Source: Acidiferrobacterales bacterium
Lineage (GTDB): Bacteria; Pseudomonadota; Gammaproteobacteria; Arenicellales; Poriferihabitantaceae
DNA: 64,000 nucleotides
Assembly (NCBI GenBank): GCA_019633985.1
Contig: JAHQWE010000005.1
Location: 11,331 to 75,330, forward strand
Reading direction: 5' to 3'
Below are positions 50,792 through 60,046 of this stretch, in pieces. The translations under genes and the position numbers were made by a program. The stretch's first letter is position 1, and every line of letters begins with the position of its first letter. Under the pieces are notes generated by a model. It was not told where the DNA came from, did not search any database, and saw only the letters and a program-made list of their open reading frames with translations.

Positions 50792-51274
50792 ATGAAAAAA
50801 CGGTTTGCCAGCCTTTTGGGCCCTAGAGCAGCGGCATTGCTGCTGTTCTGGTCCAGTTGTGTACTGGCTACGCAGGACGCAGCAGTATCAGAAGCCAGGG
50901 AATTTGTGCAGAGAGCCCATCTATGCGGGCTTGATCATGGGTACCAGTGTTCTGAGCCGGTGGAGAGCGATTTTATAGGTCTGGACGCCGATAGAGCGAT
51001 GGTACCAGGCAGCTATCTGGCTGCCTGGCAAGTTGCACTAGAAGCATTTCGATCGATTGAGGATTTATCATCTGGAGAAAAACAACTGCAGCACTACAAG
51101 ATTGGTTTTAGTGAAAACGAAACCCAGTACGTTGTGCATTTTCAGGCGCTGTTGTTACCTTCGATGAGCGAAGGTGAGCCCAGCGGAATCATGCGAGGTA
51201 CTTTTGGTCGAACGACCCGCTATTGGATTAATAAAGATTCAATGAAAGTAGAAAAGAGGTTGTACTACAAGTAG
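50792..51274 (+). CDS. Secreted hypothetical protein, putative immunity partner
   Basis: Signal peptide, 160 aa, starts 15 nt after the DUF4329 gene. Confidence 0.65.
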   Translation: MKKRFASLLGPRAAALLLFWSSCVLATQDAAVSEAREFVQRAHLCGLDHGYQCSEPVESDFIGLDADRAMVPGSYLAAWQVALEAFRSIEDLSSGEKQLQHYKIGFSENETQYVVHFQALLLPSMSEGEPSGIMRGTFGRTTRYWINKDSMKVEKRLYYK

Positions 51275-51302
51275 TAAATTATCGGGCTAGCGCTGAATCA
51301 CT

Positions 51303-52316
51303 CTACACAACGATTGCATTGCGAAGCTTCGTAATTTCGTCTACCTCCGTTGGTATATCTTTCCCTCGCATCCTCTGTAGTCGCGGCTGGTTTACCGCTT
51401 GGTTTTCTCCAAGATCGCTGGCGACACTGCGCGCGGAGTCTGGGTCATTACAAATCAACACCATGTCGCAACCCGCAGCCAACGCTTTGTTTGCTCTCTG
51501 CGTTGGTGAACCCGCAACTTCTGCACCTTTCATCGTTAAGTCATCGCTAAAAACCAAACCATTAAAACCCAACGACTGTCTCAAGACTTTCTGTATCCAA
51601 AAAGAAGAGAATGTTGGAAGGTCTTGGTCGATATTGGGAAAAGCGATATGGGCGGTCATTACCGCTGCGAGTTGATTACCCAATTGCCGATAGGGCTTGA
51701 GATCAGAACGCAGAATTTCCTCAAAAGACCGTTGGTCGCTGGGCGTCTCTAGATGGGAATCTTCTACCACCCCACCGTGTCCGGGAAAGTGTTTTCCTGT
51801 GGCCTGCATTCCAGCGCTCATCATCCCGTCTATGTAGGCGGAAGCTAACTGAGTGATGCAATCAGGATGTTCATGGAATCCGCGGTCTCCGATGATTTGA
51901 CTCTTCGGGTTGGCGATATCCAGAACCGGAGCAAAACTGAAATCAATTCCAAACTTACGAAGCTCCAAAGCCATAAGCCTAGCGGCGCTGTAGGCTCGTT
52001 GCACAGCATTTTCCGGATCTGCTCGAATATCCGTTCCCAGGGACAGGAGTGGCGGCAATGCCACGAAGTGTTCACGGAAGCGTTGAACCCTGCCCCCTTC
52101 CTGATCTACGGCAATGAGTAACGATGGAGAGCGCAGTTGCTTGATTTCGTTGATCAGATTCCTTAATTGCGCAGGGGATTCAAAGTTTCGGCTGAATAGA
52201 ATCACCGCGCCCAGTGCAGGCTGTTGTAAAAAGCGGCGCTCCTCAGTGGTAAGAGACAGTCCGGAGACATCCGCCATTAAGGGGCCGAGCGGTAAATTTA
52301 CGATGCTATTCATCAA
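51303..52316 (-). CDS. nagZ: Beta-N-acetylhexosaminidase
   Basis: VDQEGGRVQR, KHFPGHG...DSH, FSDDL.M. Confidence 0.95.
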   Translation of the reverse strand: MMNSIVNLPLGPLMADVSGLSLTTEERRFLQQPALGAVILFSRNFESPAQLRNLINEIKQLRSPSLLIAVDQEGGRVQRFREHFVALPPLLSLGTDIRADPENAVQRAYSAARLMALELRKFGIDFSFAPVLDIANPKSQIIGDRGFHEHPDCITQLASAYIDGMMSAGMQATGKHFPGHGGVVEDSHLETPSDQRSFEEILRSDLKPYRQLGNQLAAVMTAHIAFPNIDQDLPTFSSFWIQKVLRQSLGFNGLVFSDDLTMKGAEVAGSPTQRANKALAAGCDMVLICNDPDSARSVASDLGENQAVNQPRLQRMRGKDIPTEVDEITKLRNAIVV

Positions 52317-52806
52317 TCAATACCGGTGTTCCCACCTTGAGCAAATCGAACAGAAAAATCACTTCCTGGTTACGCATACGGATGCACCCGTGGGAACCAG
52401 GTACGCCCATTTCTACTTCGTCCGGTGTGCCATGTATGTAGACATAGCGACGCATGGTATCGACCGAACCCAGCCGATTCCTGCCGGGTTCACAGCCGCT
52501 CAACCAAAGAATTCGAGTAAGAATCCAGTCTCGATCGGGATATTTTTGGCGTAACTCCGGATGATAGATTTCACCGCTCGGACGTCGGCCAATAAAAACA
52601 GTGTTTGCGGGGGCATCATGGCCGATTTTAGCGCGAATGATGTGCATGCCTCGGGGCGTGCAGAAACTGCCGTTTTCCTCACCGGCGCCATTGCCAGCGG
52701 TGGATACGGAAAAAATGTGTGTGGTCTCACAATTTTCGACAACAGCAAGTGTTTGCGAGGCGATATTAATCTCAACCTGAGTGGCCGGCCCGTCGTGTTC
52801 TCTCAT
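52306..52806 (-). CDS. L,D-transpeptidase (YkuD family)
   Basis: TPRG, YIHGT, SHGCIRM. Confidence 0.9.
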   Translation of the reverse strand: MREHDGPATQVEINIASQTLAVVENCETTHIFSVSTAGNGAGEENGSFCTPRGMHIIRAKIGHDAPANTVFIGRRPSGEIYHPELRQKYPDRDWILTRILWLSGCEPGRNRLGSVDTMRRYVYIHGTPDEVEMGVPGSHGCIRMRNQEVIFLFDLLKVGTPVLIDE

Positions 52807-52815
52807 TATCGGCTG

Positions 52816-53313
52816 CTATGTATTTACCGAAGGCTTACCGCGAATAGCAGAGAGTAAACCACTACAGGCAGATTCAAGTAGATCAAGGACATGATCAAAT
52901 CCATTCTCACCACCGTAATATGGGTCGGGCACTTCTTTCAGATCGGTCGTGCTGGAAAATGAAAGCATGAGCTGAATTTTTTTTGCTGCATCGGGTTCGA
53001 TTGAATCGGCTGCGAGTGCCCGGAGGTCTGATTGGTTGGAGAGATCCATAGCAATAATGTGATCAAAGTGCGAGAAATCTTCAACGGCGATTTGACGCGC
53101 TCTCAGCTGATCGATCTGGTAGCCTCGCCGTGACGCGGCAGCCTGGGCACGGGTATCCGGCGGATTCCCGATATGCCAGTTACCGGTGCCAGCGGAATCT
53201 ATCATGATCTGGTCAGACAGGGCAGCGCGCTGGACCTGGTCTCTAAAAACCCCCTCTGCGGACGGCGAGCGACAGATATTTCCCAAGCAGACAAAGAGGA
53301 CAGAAGTGGACAA
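52816..53313 (-). CDS. Low-molecular-weight protein-tyrosine phosphatase
   Basis: VCLGNICRS, DSAGT, VPDPYY. Confidence 0.94.
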   Translation of the reverse strand: MSTSVLFVCLGNICRSPSAEGVFRDQVQRAALSDQIMIDSAGTGNWHIGNPPDTRAQAAASRRGYQIDQLRARQIAVEDFSHFDHIIAMDLSNQSDLRALAADSIEPDAAKKIQLMLSFSSTTDLKEVPDPYYGGENGFDHVLDLLESACSGLLSAIRGKPSVNT

Positions 53314-53317
53314 GCTC

Positions 53318-55528
53318 TTAGCGACTGCGTTGCAGTTTGATGACCGATTTGTCGAGGTGAAGTTCTCGCATGATTTCAGCGAGATGGTTTCGATTCAATA
53401 CTTCTATTACAAACAGCATACGTGAAACATTACCGGCCTGCTCTTCGACAGTGAGTTTATTGATATTGGCATCATGGGAAGCGATGATATTGGTCAGCTC
53501 TGATAATACTCCCGGTTGATTGCGGGCGGTCAGCGTCAGTAACACCTCAAAATTACCCTTGGTATTTTCTGACCAGTTCAAATGAAAAAATTGATCCGGA
53601 TGCTTCATTACACTGCGTGTATTGGCACAACGAAGGCGATGGATCACCAGACCCTTGTCAGAAGTGGTGGTGCCAATGATTCGGTCATCGGGGATGGGGT
53701 AGCAGCACTTTGCGTAGTTCACCAGTAAACCCTCGGTGCCTTCAATGGTCATTTTTCCGTAGTTGGTTTTATTGTTGCTTTTGGGTTTTGCTCGGGTCTT
53801 TTTTTCGGGCAGCATTACCTCAGCCAAAAACTGCTTCGCCACCAGCGGCGCCAGCCTTTTACCAAAACCAATATCCGCCAGCAGTTCTGGCCAGTCCTTC
53901 AGATCAAGCGCGTTCAGCAGCGCGATTTTATGGTTACTGGGAATACGTATACGTCGGTAGCCTTGATCCCAAAGTGCTTTCTTGAACAGCTTTTGTCCCA
54001 ACTTTACCGACTGCCTGGTTTTTTGTTTGTTCAGGTAATGGCGTATGGTCGAGCGCGCTTTCGAGGTTACCGCATAATTCAACCAACCCGGCTCGGGTCG
54101 CGAACGATTCGATGTGATAATTTCGATATGGTTGCCATTGCGTAAATTCTCATACAGTGGCACCGCCCGGTTATCGACCCTCGCTCCGACGCAGCGATTG
54201 CCAATGTCAGTGTGCACCGAGTATGCGAAATCCAGGGCAGTGGCGCCTCGTGGCAGGCGCTTGATGTCTCCCTTAGGTGTAAACACATAGACTTCGTCCG
54301 GATAAAGATCAGCCTTGAGGTGTTCGATAAACTCGCCGGAATCTGACGACATCTGCTGAGATTCCAAAAAGCTGCTTAACCATTTTTGTGCGAGCTGCTG
54401 TGGAGCAGATTCATCGGTGGTGTCGGTTTTGTATCGCCAGTGTGAAGCGACTCCTGATTCCGCAATTCGGTGCATCGCGCGACTACGAATTTGGACTTCC
54501 ACCGGTTGACCATAGGGGCCGAATACCGACGTGTGTAAGGACTGATATCCATTTGCTTTCGGGATCGCGATGTAGTCCTTAAAACTGGCGGGCCTCGGCT
54601 TATAGAGAGTATGAATAATGCCGAGCACCAAGTAACACTGGTTGCGATTGTCGGTAATCACCCGTAACGCATTGATGTCGGCGATATCACGCAGGTCAAT
54701 TTTGAGCTGCTTCTTCGCTTTACGATAAATACTATAAATGGTTTTTTCGCGGCCACCAACTTCAGCGATAATGTTGTGACGTCCGAGTGCCTCGTTAATT
54801 TTCAGGCAGGCCTCGTCAACGATTGATTTTCTTCCTCTGCTGTTGCTGTCGAGCATTTTCTTTATTGCTCGATAGCGCTTTGGGTGCAAATTTTGAAGCG
54901 ATAAATCTTCGAGAGTGGTGGAGAGCTCTCTCATGCCGATGCGGTTAGCGATCGGGGCATAGATATCCAGGGTTTGCTTGGCAATACGTTGGCGCTTCTC
55001 TTCCTTGAGCGAACCGAGGGTTCGCATATTGTGCAGTCGGTCGCAGAGTTTGATGATAATGACGCGAATATCCTGCGCCATGGCCATGAACATCTTTCGA
55101 AATGAGGCGGTTTCAGCGCTTTCCGGATTCTGTCTGGAGTCGAGTTCCAGCTGGCTTACTTTACTGACACCATCAACGAGCAGCGCCACGTCTTCGCCGA
55201 ATTTTTCCGATAGCTCGGCCAGGGTAACGGGAGTATCTTCAACCACATCATGCAGAATCGCAGCGACGATAGTGCGGCTGTCCATGCGCATCTCTCCCAA
55301 TATGCCGGCGACGGCAACCGGGTGAGAGATATAGGCTTCCCCACTTTGGCGGGTTTGCCCTTCATGGGCTTGAGCGCCAAATTCGCAGGCGAGATCGATC
55401 TCGGCAAGGGACGCGGTGTCCATGTACTCGCCGAGTTTATTGAGTAATGCTTTTACCAGCGGTCGATGGGATTCATCGACCCTGGATTCGGGTCTGGAAC
55501 GGAAGAGTTTTGCTTCAGGAAGCGGCAT
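53318..55528 (-). CDS. spoT: Bifunctional (p)ppGpp synthetase/hydrolase
   Basis: HD motif LHDVVED, YQSLHT, EVQIR, TGS and ACT domains. Follows rpoZ. Confidence 0.95.
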   Translation of the reverse strand: MPLPEAKLFRSRPESRVDESHRPLVKALLNKLGEYMDTASLAEIDLACEFGAQAHEGQTRQSGEAYISHPVAVAGILGEMRMDSRTIVAAILHDVVEDTPVTLAELSEKFGEDVALLVDGVSKVSQLELDSRQNPESAETASFRKMFMAMAQDIRVIIIKLCDRLHNMRTLGSLKEEKRQRIAKQTLDIYAPIANRIGMRELSTTLEDLSLQNLHPKRYRAIKKMLDSNSRGRKSIVDEACLKINEALGRHNIIAEVGGREKTIYSIYRKAKKQLKIDLRDIADINALRVITDNRNQCYLVLGIIHTLYKPRPASFKDYIAIPKANGYQSLHTSVFGPYGQPVEVQIRSRAMHRIAESGVASHWRYKTDTTDESAPQQLAQKWLSSFLESQQMSSDSGEFIEHLKADLYPDEVYVFTPKGDIKRLPRGATALDFAYSVHTDIGNRCVGARVDNRAVPLYENLRNGNHIEIITSNRSRPEPGWLNYAVTSKARSTIRHYLNKQKTRQSVKLGQKLFKKALWDQGYRRIRIPSNHKIALLNALDLKDWPELLADIGFGKRLAPLVAKQFLAEVMLPEKKTRAKPKSNNKTNYGKMTIEGTEGLLVNYAKCCYPIPDDRIIGTTTSDKGLVIHRLRCANTRSVMKHPDQFFHLNWSENTKGNFEVLLTLTARNQPGVLSELTNIIASHDANINKLTVEEQAGNVSRMLFVIEVLNRNHLAEIMRELHLDKSVIKLQRSR

Positions 55529-55563
55529 TCATTCCCAGGTGATCACCCTATACAGGCAACTAA

Positions 55564-55884
55564 CTAATTGCCAGCCAGTTGCGCGGCTAGCGCAGCGTCC
55601 AGATCGCTGGTTAAGGAATCTTCACCTTCCACAGTCAATTCTTCCCCTTCTTCGCCTTCAGAGAAATTGAGCTCAGGAATTGAGGTTTCTTCTTCCAAGA
55701 TGGAGGGTCCGATAAAACCTTCTGCGATTTCACGCAGAGCGATGACGGTGGGTTTGTCATTCTCTACAGGAACATGGGGTTCTGCGCCCAAAATCAGCTG
55801 GCGGGCACGTTTCGTGGCAACCAGAACAAGCTGGAAGCGATTGTCTACATGCTCCAGGCAATCAGTTACGGTAATTCTTGCCAT
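55564..55884 (-). CDS. rpoZ: RNA polymerase omega subunit
   Basis: [31 protein letters not shown]. Confidence 0.97.
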   Translation of the reverse strand: MARITVTDCLEHVDNRFQLVLVATKRARQLILGAEPHVPVENDKPTVIALREIAEGFIGPSILEEETSIPELNFSEGEEGEELTVEGEDSLTSDLDAALAAQLAGN

Positions 55885-56018
55885 TTCTCTATCCTCTTAA
55901 ATTCAATGCAATCTTAACAAAAAAGCGGTGCCACCCTAAATGAGACTAAAACCAGTAATTACAATGGTTTGGGTGCACACCCGTTATGGCCGCAGTTTCT
56001 ACTGCAGCCGGAAATTCT

Positions 56019-56573
56019 TTACAGTCCGTCAACCGCCGCGATGAGTTGCGCTAGGGCGTTATCAAAATCATCATTGACGATAATTTTATCGAATTCATCG
56101 CTATGACTGATCTCGTTGCGTGCTTCCAGCATACGGTGAGCAATCACTTCCTCACTATCCTGGCCTCTATCTCGTAAGCGTTGTTCGAGCGCTTCGAGCG
56201 AAGGCGGCATTACGAACACGGACACCGCTCTGGGAAATGCTTCTCTGACTCTTCTTGCGCCTTGCCAGTCGATTTCCAGAATCGCATGTTTACCTTCGTT
56301 CAATCGATCTTCGATCGCCTGGACGGATGTGCCATAGCGGTTTCCAAACACAACGGCATGTTCCACAAACAATCCATCTCCAACCATCTCCGCAAACTGC
56401 GCATGATCAACAAAATGATAATGCACCCCGTTTTCTTCACCAGGTCGAATGGACCGGGTAGTATGGGATACGGTTAACCCCACGTCCTGCCGAGAATCTA
56501 CCAGCGCGCGGGTCAAACTGGTTTTGCCAGCACCAGACGGCGCAGAAACAATAAGAACACCAGGAGAGTCCAT
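56019..56573 (-). CDS. gmk: Guanylate kinase
   Basis: SAPSGAGKTS, SHTTR..RPGE, YGT, EIDWQGA. Confidence 0.96.
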   Translation of the reverse strand: MDSPGVLIVSAPSGAGKTSLTRALVDSRQDVGLTVSHTTRSIRPGEENGVHYHFVDHAQFAEMVGDGLFVEHAVVFGNRYGTSVQAIEDRLNEGKHAILEIDWQGARRVREAFPRAVSVFVMPPSLEALEQRLRDRGQDSEEVIAHRMLEARNEISHSDEFDKIIVNDDFDNALAQLIAAVDGL

Positions 56574-56677
56574 CACGACCAAAACAATTCAACGGGCAGA
56601 TTACGGTAAAGGCGCAGGATTGCGCTCACTCGCGTAAAAACCGCTTGTCGAGGCCGGTTCAGCGCGGGGCGCGTATT

Positions 56678-57544
56678 CTATTCGATATTCTGCACTTGTT
56701 CACGCATCTGATCGATCAAAACCTTCAATTCTACCGATGCGTTCGTATTTCGAAGGTCCACCGCCTTCGATCCCAGCGTATTGGCTTCACGATTGAGTTC
56801 TTGCATCAGAAAATCGAGGCGCCTTCCTGCCGGTTTCTTTTGCCCAATCACACGTTGTACTTCATCAAAGTGCGTTTCTAGCCGATCCAGCTCTTCGCTG
56901 ACGTCGCTTCGAGTCAGTAATATTGCCAACTCCTGTGACAGTCTTGCCGGATCTATTTCGTCTCCTAGCTCTTCCAGTCGGCGATTCCAACGCTGTTTGA
57001 GCCCGAGTTCTATATCAGGCAGCGCATCCCGCAGCGAAGATACAATCACCCTAGAGTCGTCAATTCTGTCCAGAATCATCTGTGCCAGCCTCTCCCCCTC
57101 CCGATTGCGAGCGATGACCAGGCCATCCAGCGCTTCGCTCAATCCATCCTGCGCCGCCTTCGTCAGCGCATCCTCGTTGGCCTCGGGCTGTTTCAAGATT
57201 CCTTGCCAGCGCAGGACATCCAGTGAATGGGGAGAGGTCACGTTGGGCATGCGCGACTCCACGCTCTGCAGGGCGGAAGCAAGCGCCTCCAGTGCCCCGT
57301 CATTGATTTCCATTTCCAGAGTTTCACCCTTGCCCGCTTCATATTTTAGAAGGGCATCAATTCGCCCTCGGTTAACGCGCTCGTTGATGAGGGTCCGACA
57401 GCGGGTTTCTATCACTTTAAGCTCGTCGGGGAGTTTGAGATGCGCGTCGAGATAACGATGATTGACGCTTCGAACCTCCCAAATCAGACTGCGTCCCTGG
57501 AATTCAGTTTGCGTTCGGCAAAAGGCCGTCATACTCGCGGTCAT
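56678..57544 (-). CDS. yicC: YicC/YloC-family endoribonuclease
   Basis: SMTAF, RSVNHRYL, GRRLDFLMQELNREANT, MREQVQNIE. Confidence 0.95.
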   Translation of the reverse strand: MTASMTAFCRTQTEFQGRSLIWEVRSVNHRYLDAHLKLPDELKVIETRCRTLINERVNRGRIDALLKYEAGKGETLEMEINDGALEALASALQSVESRMPNVTSPHSLDVLRWQGILKQPEANEDALTKAAQDGLSEALDGLVIARNREGERLAQMILDRIDDSRVIVSSLRDALPDIELGLKQRWNRRLEELGDEIDPARLSQELAILLTRSDVSEELDRLETHFDEVQRVIGQKKPAGRRLDFLMQELNREANTLGSKAVDLRNTNASVELKVLIDQMREQVQNIE

Positions 57545-57921
57545 CGCATTGCTCCGGGTGATTTTTTTTCTCGGCGGGCTTCGGATCATATCAAAACCAG
57601 TCCCTGGACTGCAGGTAAATCCCTGCTCAGAGCGGTGCTTTTGCAACATATTCCGAAATATCTTTTCAGGAAATCAATGAGATACTTCGCTATGGGAAAA
57701 GCAGGTGATCTGATACTATCTCGCCTCAGTGTTGCTGCTCGATCTGTAGCGATTTAGCGTAAACAGGGTCGCCTCGGAAATTCTCACGACACGGTGCTGG
57801 GTATATTCTTGATAGACCTTCAACCTGGGTTTTACCCGCAATTCATCGACAACATAAAACTGGATATCTGGAGGCTACGCTGCTCAACCACCAAATTGGA
57901 TAGCGAAGTGAACAATCGTTA

Positions 57922-58911
57922 ATGGGAATTTTTACTAAAAAGCCAGCCAAGGAACCTGAAGAACAGGCTCCTGCTGAGACAAACAGCGAGCAAACACGTC
58001 GCTATCCTATTAAATCGGGAGAGTCGATAGAAAACTATTTGGTAGAAGGGGTCATTGGCGGTGGTGGCTTTAGTATTGTTTATCGCGCCTTCGATGCAAC
58101 ACTCGGAGAGAGTGTTGTACTCAAAGAATACTTCCCCAACCTGCTCGCTATTCGCGGCAGTGGCAATGATATCAAACCGATCACTCCGAAAAAGAAATCG
58201 GCATTTGATGTTGGGATGCAGCAATTCTTCGCGGAAGCGCATGCGCTGTCGAAAGTGAGCCATCCAAATGTGATTAACATCATTAACGTATTTCGCAGTA
58301 ATAACACCGCTTACATGGTATCCAAACTGCAGCCAGGGAAAGATTTACGATGGATGATCAAACGCTGTCAGGGGGATCTTGATCAAGGATTTATTCAAAA
58401 GGTAATGCCCCCGGTGATTTCCGGCGTCGACTCTTTGCATCGAGCAGGAATACTGCATCTGGATATCAAACCGGCCAATATCTTACTGCGGACAGTTGGT
58501 GGGCCATTGCTGCTGGATTTTGGCGCGAGCAAAACCATGAGTCGTCAGGAGAGATTTAGCAGCTTCCAGACCCTGACGCCCGGCTTTGCTCCCCCGGAAC
58601 AGCATCACAAAGCGGAACTTGGCCCGGGCTCTGATATCTATGCCATTGGCGCGACCATCTACGCCTGTGTCACTGGTCGACCACCACCGACTTCTTTGAA
58701 ACGGGAGCAGAAGGAGCGAGAGTTGAAACTGAAGGGTGCAGAGAAGAATGTATCGAATAGTGTAATTGAAGCACTTAAATGGGCGCTGGAGTTAGAAATG
58801 AACAAGCGTCCGCAAAATGTTCGAGAATTTGCCAACCTTTTGATGCAGGATTCGGAGTGGGGTTCTTATGACCTGTTTCAGGAAGATCTGATGCGGAACT
58901 TCGGGCGCTAA
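57922..58911 (+). CDS. Soluble Hanks-type Ser/Thr protein kinase
   Basis: GGGGFSIVY, VLKEY, HLDIKPANI, DFG, APPE, SDIY. Confidence 0.93.
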   Translation: MGIFTKKPAKEPEEQAPAETNSEQTRRYPIKSGESIENYLVEGVIGGGGFSIVYRAFDATLGESVVLKEYFPNLLAIRGSGNDIKPITPKKKSAFDVGMQQFFAEAHALSKVSHPNVINIINVFRSNNTAYMVSKLQPGKDLRWMIKRCQGDLDQGFIQKVMPPVISGVDSLHRAGILHLDIKPANILLRTVGGPLLLDFGASKTMSRQERFSSFQTLTPGFAPPEQHHKAELGPGSDIYAIGATIYACVTGRPPPTSLKREQKERELKLKGAEKNVSNSVIEALKWALELEMNKRPQNVREFANLLMQDSEWGSYDLFQEDLMRNFGR

Positions 58912-58969
58912 TCCCCCCTTTCCAAGTGCAGCAGCTGCAGAGGACGCAGTGCTTATTCAATATGTCTCC

Positions 58970-59776
58970 TTATTCCTCCTGCGGTGGTGTTGCCGTTAGC
59001 TGCAGTTTCCTATAGTTGAACCCCGTTTCTATTGTTGGCTTCACAACTTGAAAGAAAGGGGAGACGTCAAAATCCCGCGGCGTAAACAGGCTGTGGTGTC
59101 GAATGTGGAGAATCTCCTGTTCGATAAACCATTGCTTGGAGTGATAGGGATGTCCTGAACCGCTTGCATCCTTCGGTTTTATAGTCGGCAAAATGGGATA
59201 GTGGATAGACTGAAAGGTTTCGGCAATCAATGTCGAACAGATTGCCCGAGAGGGATCTCCGCTACCCAACGCAATCATGCGCCGCCGAAATCTTGCGGGA
59301 ATAGGCGGTGTGGGTAAGAGATAGCGCATCAGGTCGATAATATGTTTGAGATCGTAGTCTTTACCGATCGCAGCGACCATTTTGCTCACAAGTATTTTGC
59401 GGTCTTCCGGCGACAGGCCGATCGGGCGACATATCCGCGTATTGATATGGTGGTATCGGGATAATGGCGAAGCAATCACACCCTTCCCAAGCTCAGCCTC
59501 TACCAGGGTGCAGCGCTCACCGCTCTCAGTATATTGCTCGGTCGCCCCCCCAGCAAAAAATGCGGCATGGGACCAGGTTGATTGCGTGAGATACTTTATT
59601 ACGTTACTGATTCTGGTGTCGCCCTCCACCAACAAAATATCCCCCGGTTGCAAATGCCGGTGTAATCCAGGGGATTCATGGCTGGAGAAGCTCGTGTAGT
59701 TCTTAATATTTCTCGTGAGATAGGAGGCGAGCGCCTTCCCGATTTTTTCCCGAGCTCGATTGACTAACAACGACAT
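58970..59776 (-). CDS. YiiX/YebB-like permuted NlpC/P60 cysteine hydrolase
   Basis: PGDILL and WSHAA (His) precede ICSTLIA (Cys). Confidence 0.85.
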   Translation of the reverse strand: MSLLVNRAREKIGKALASYLTRNIKNYTSFSSHESPGLHRHLQPGDILLVEGDTRISNVIKYLTQSTWSHAAFFAGGATEQYTESGERCTLVEAELGKGVIASPLSRYHHINTRICRPIGLSPEDRKILVSKMVAAIGKDYDLKHIIDLMRYLLPTPPIPARFRRRMIALGSGDPSRAICSTLIAETFQSIHYPILPTIKPKDASGSGHPYHSKQWFIEQEILHIRHHSLFTPRDFDVSPFFQVVKPTIETGFNYRKLQLTATPPQEE

Positions 59777-59854
59777 TCAGAACTGTAGAGAAAGCAGGCT
59801 ATCGAGGCTATTTCCGATTCGATTGGCATTCGTTTGCTTCATAGAATAGTGAAT

Positions 59855-59977
59855 TTAACTGGACACCGCATTCTTGCGGACTCGTTCTCGAACCCCTCTG
59901 GCAATCCAGCCAAAACAAAACCCGGCCAGAGAAGCGACCAGTAACCCAATAGCGATTTCACCTAATAAATAAGCCAT
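59855..59977 (-). CDS. 40-aa single-TM protein (ArfB-like)
   Basis: MAYLLGEIAIGLLVASLAGFCFGWIARGVRERVRKNAVSS. Lies directly after the multi-BON gene. Confidence 0.65.
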   Translation of the reverse strand: MAYLLGEIAIGLLVASLAGFCFGWIARGVRERVRKNAVSS

Positions 59978-60046
59978 AGCTGTGATTTGATATCTAAATG
60001 AGTATTCTCAAGATGGACAGTTTTCCCGCTCTGCGGACTGGTTTTG

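Noticed and set aside
56781-57455. 224-aa plus-strand ORF and similar long antisense ORFs (9520-10053, 10982-11506, 21387-21947, 60135-60632, 61420-61917)
   Set aside because: They lie opposite well-supported genes and have no recognisable motifs; shadow ORFs.
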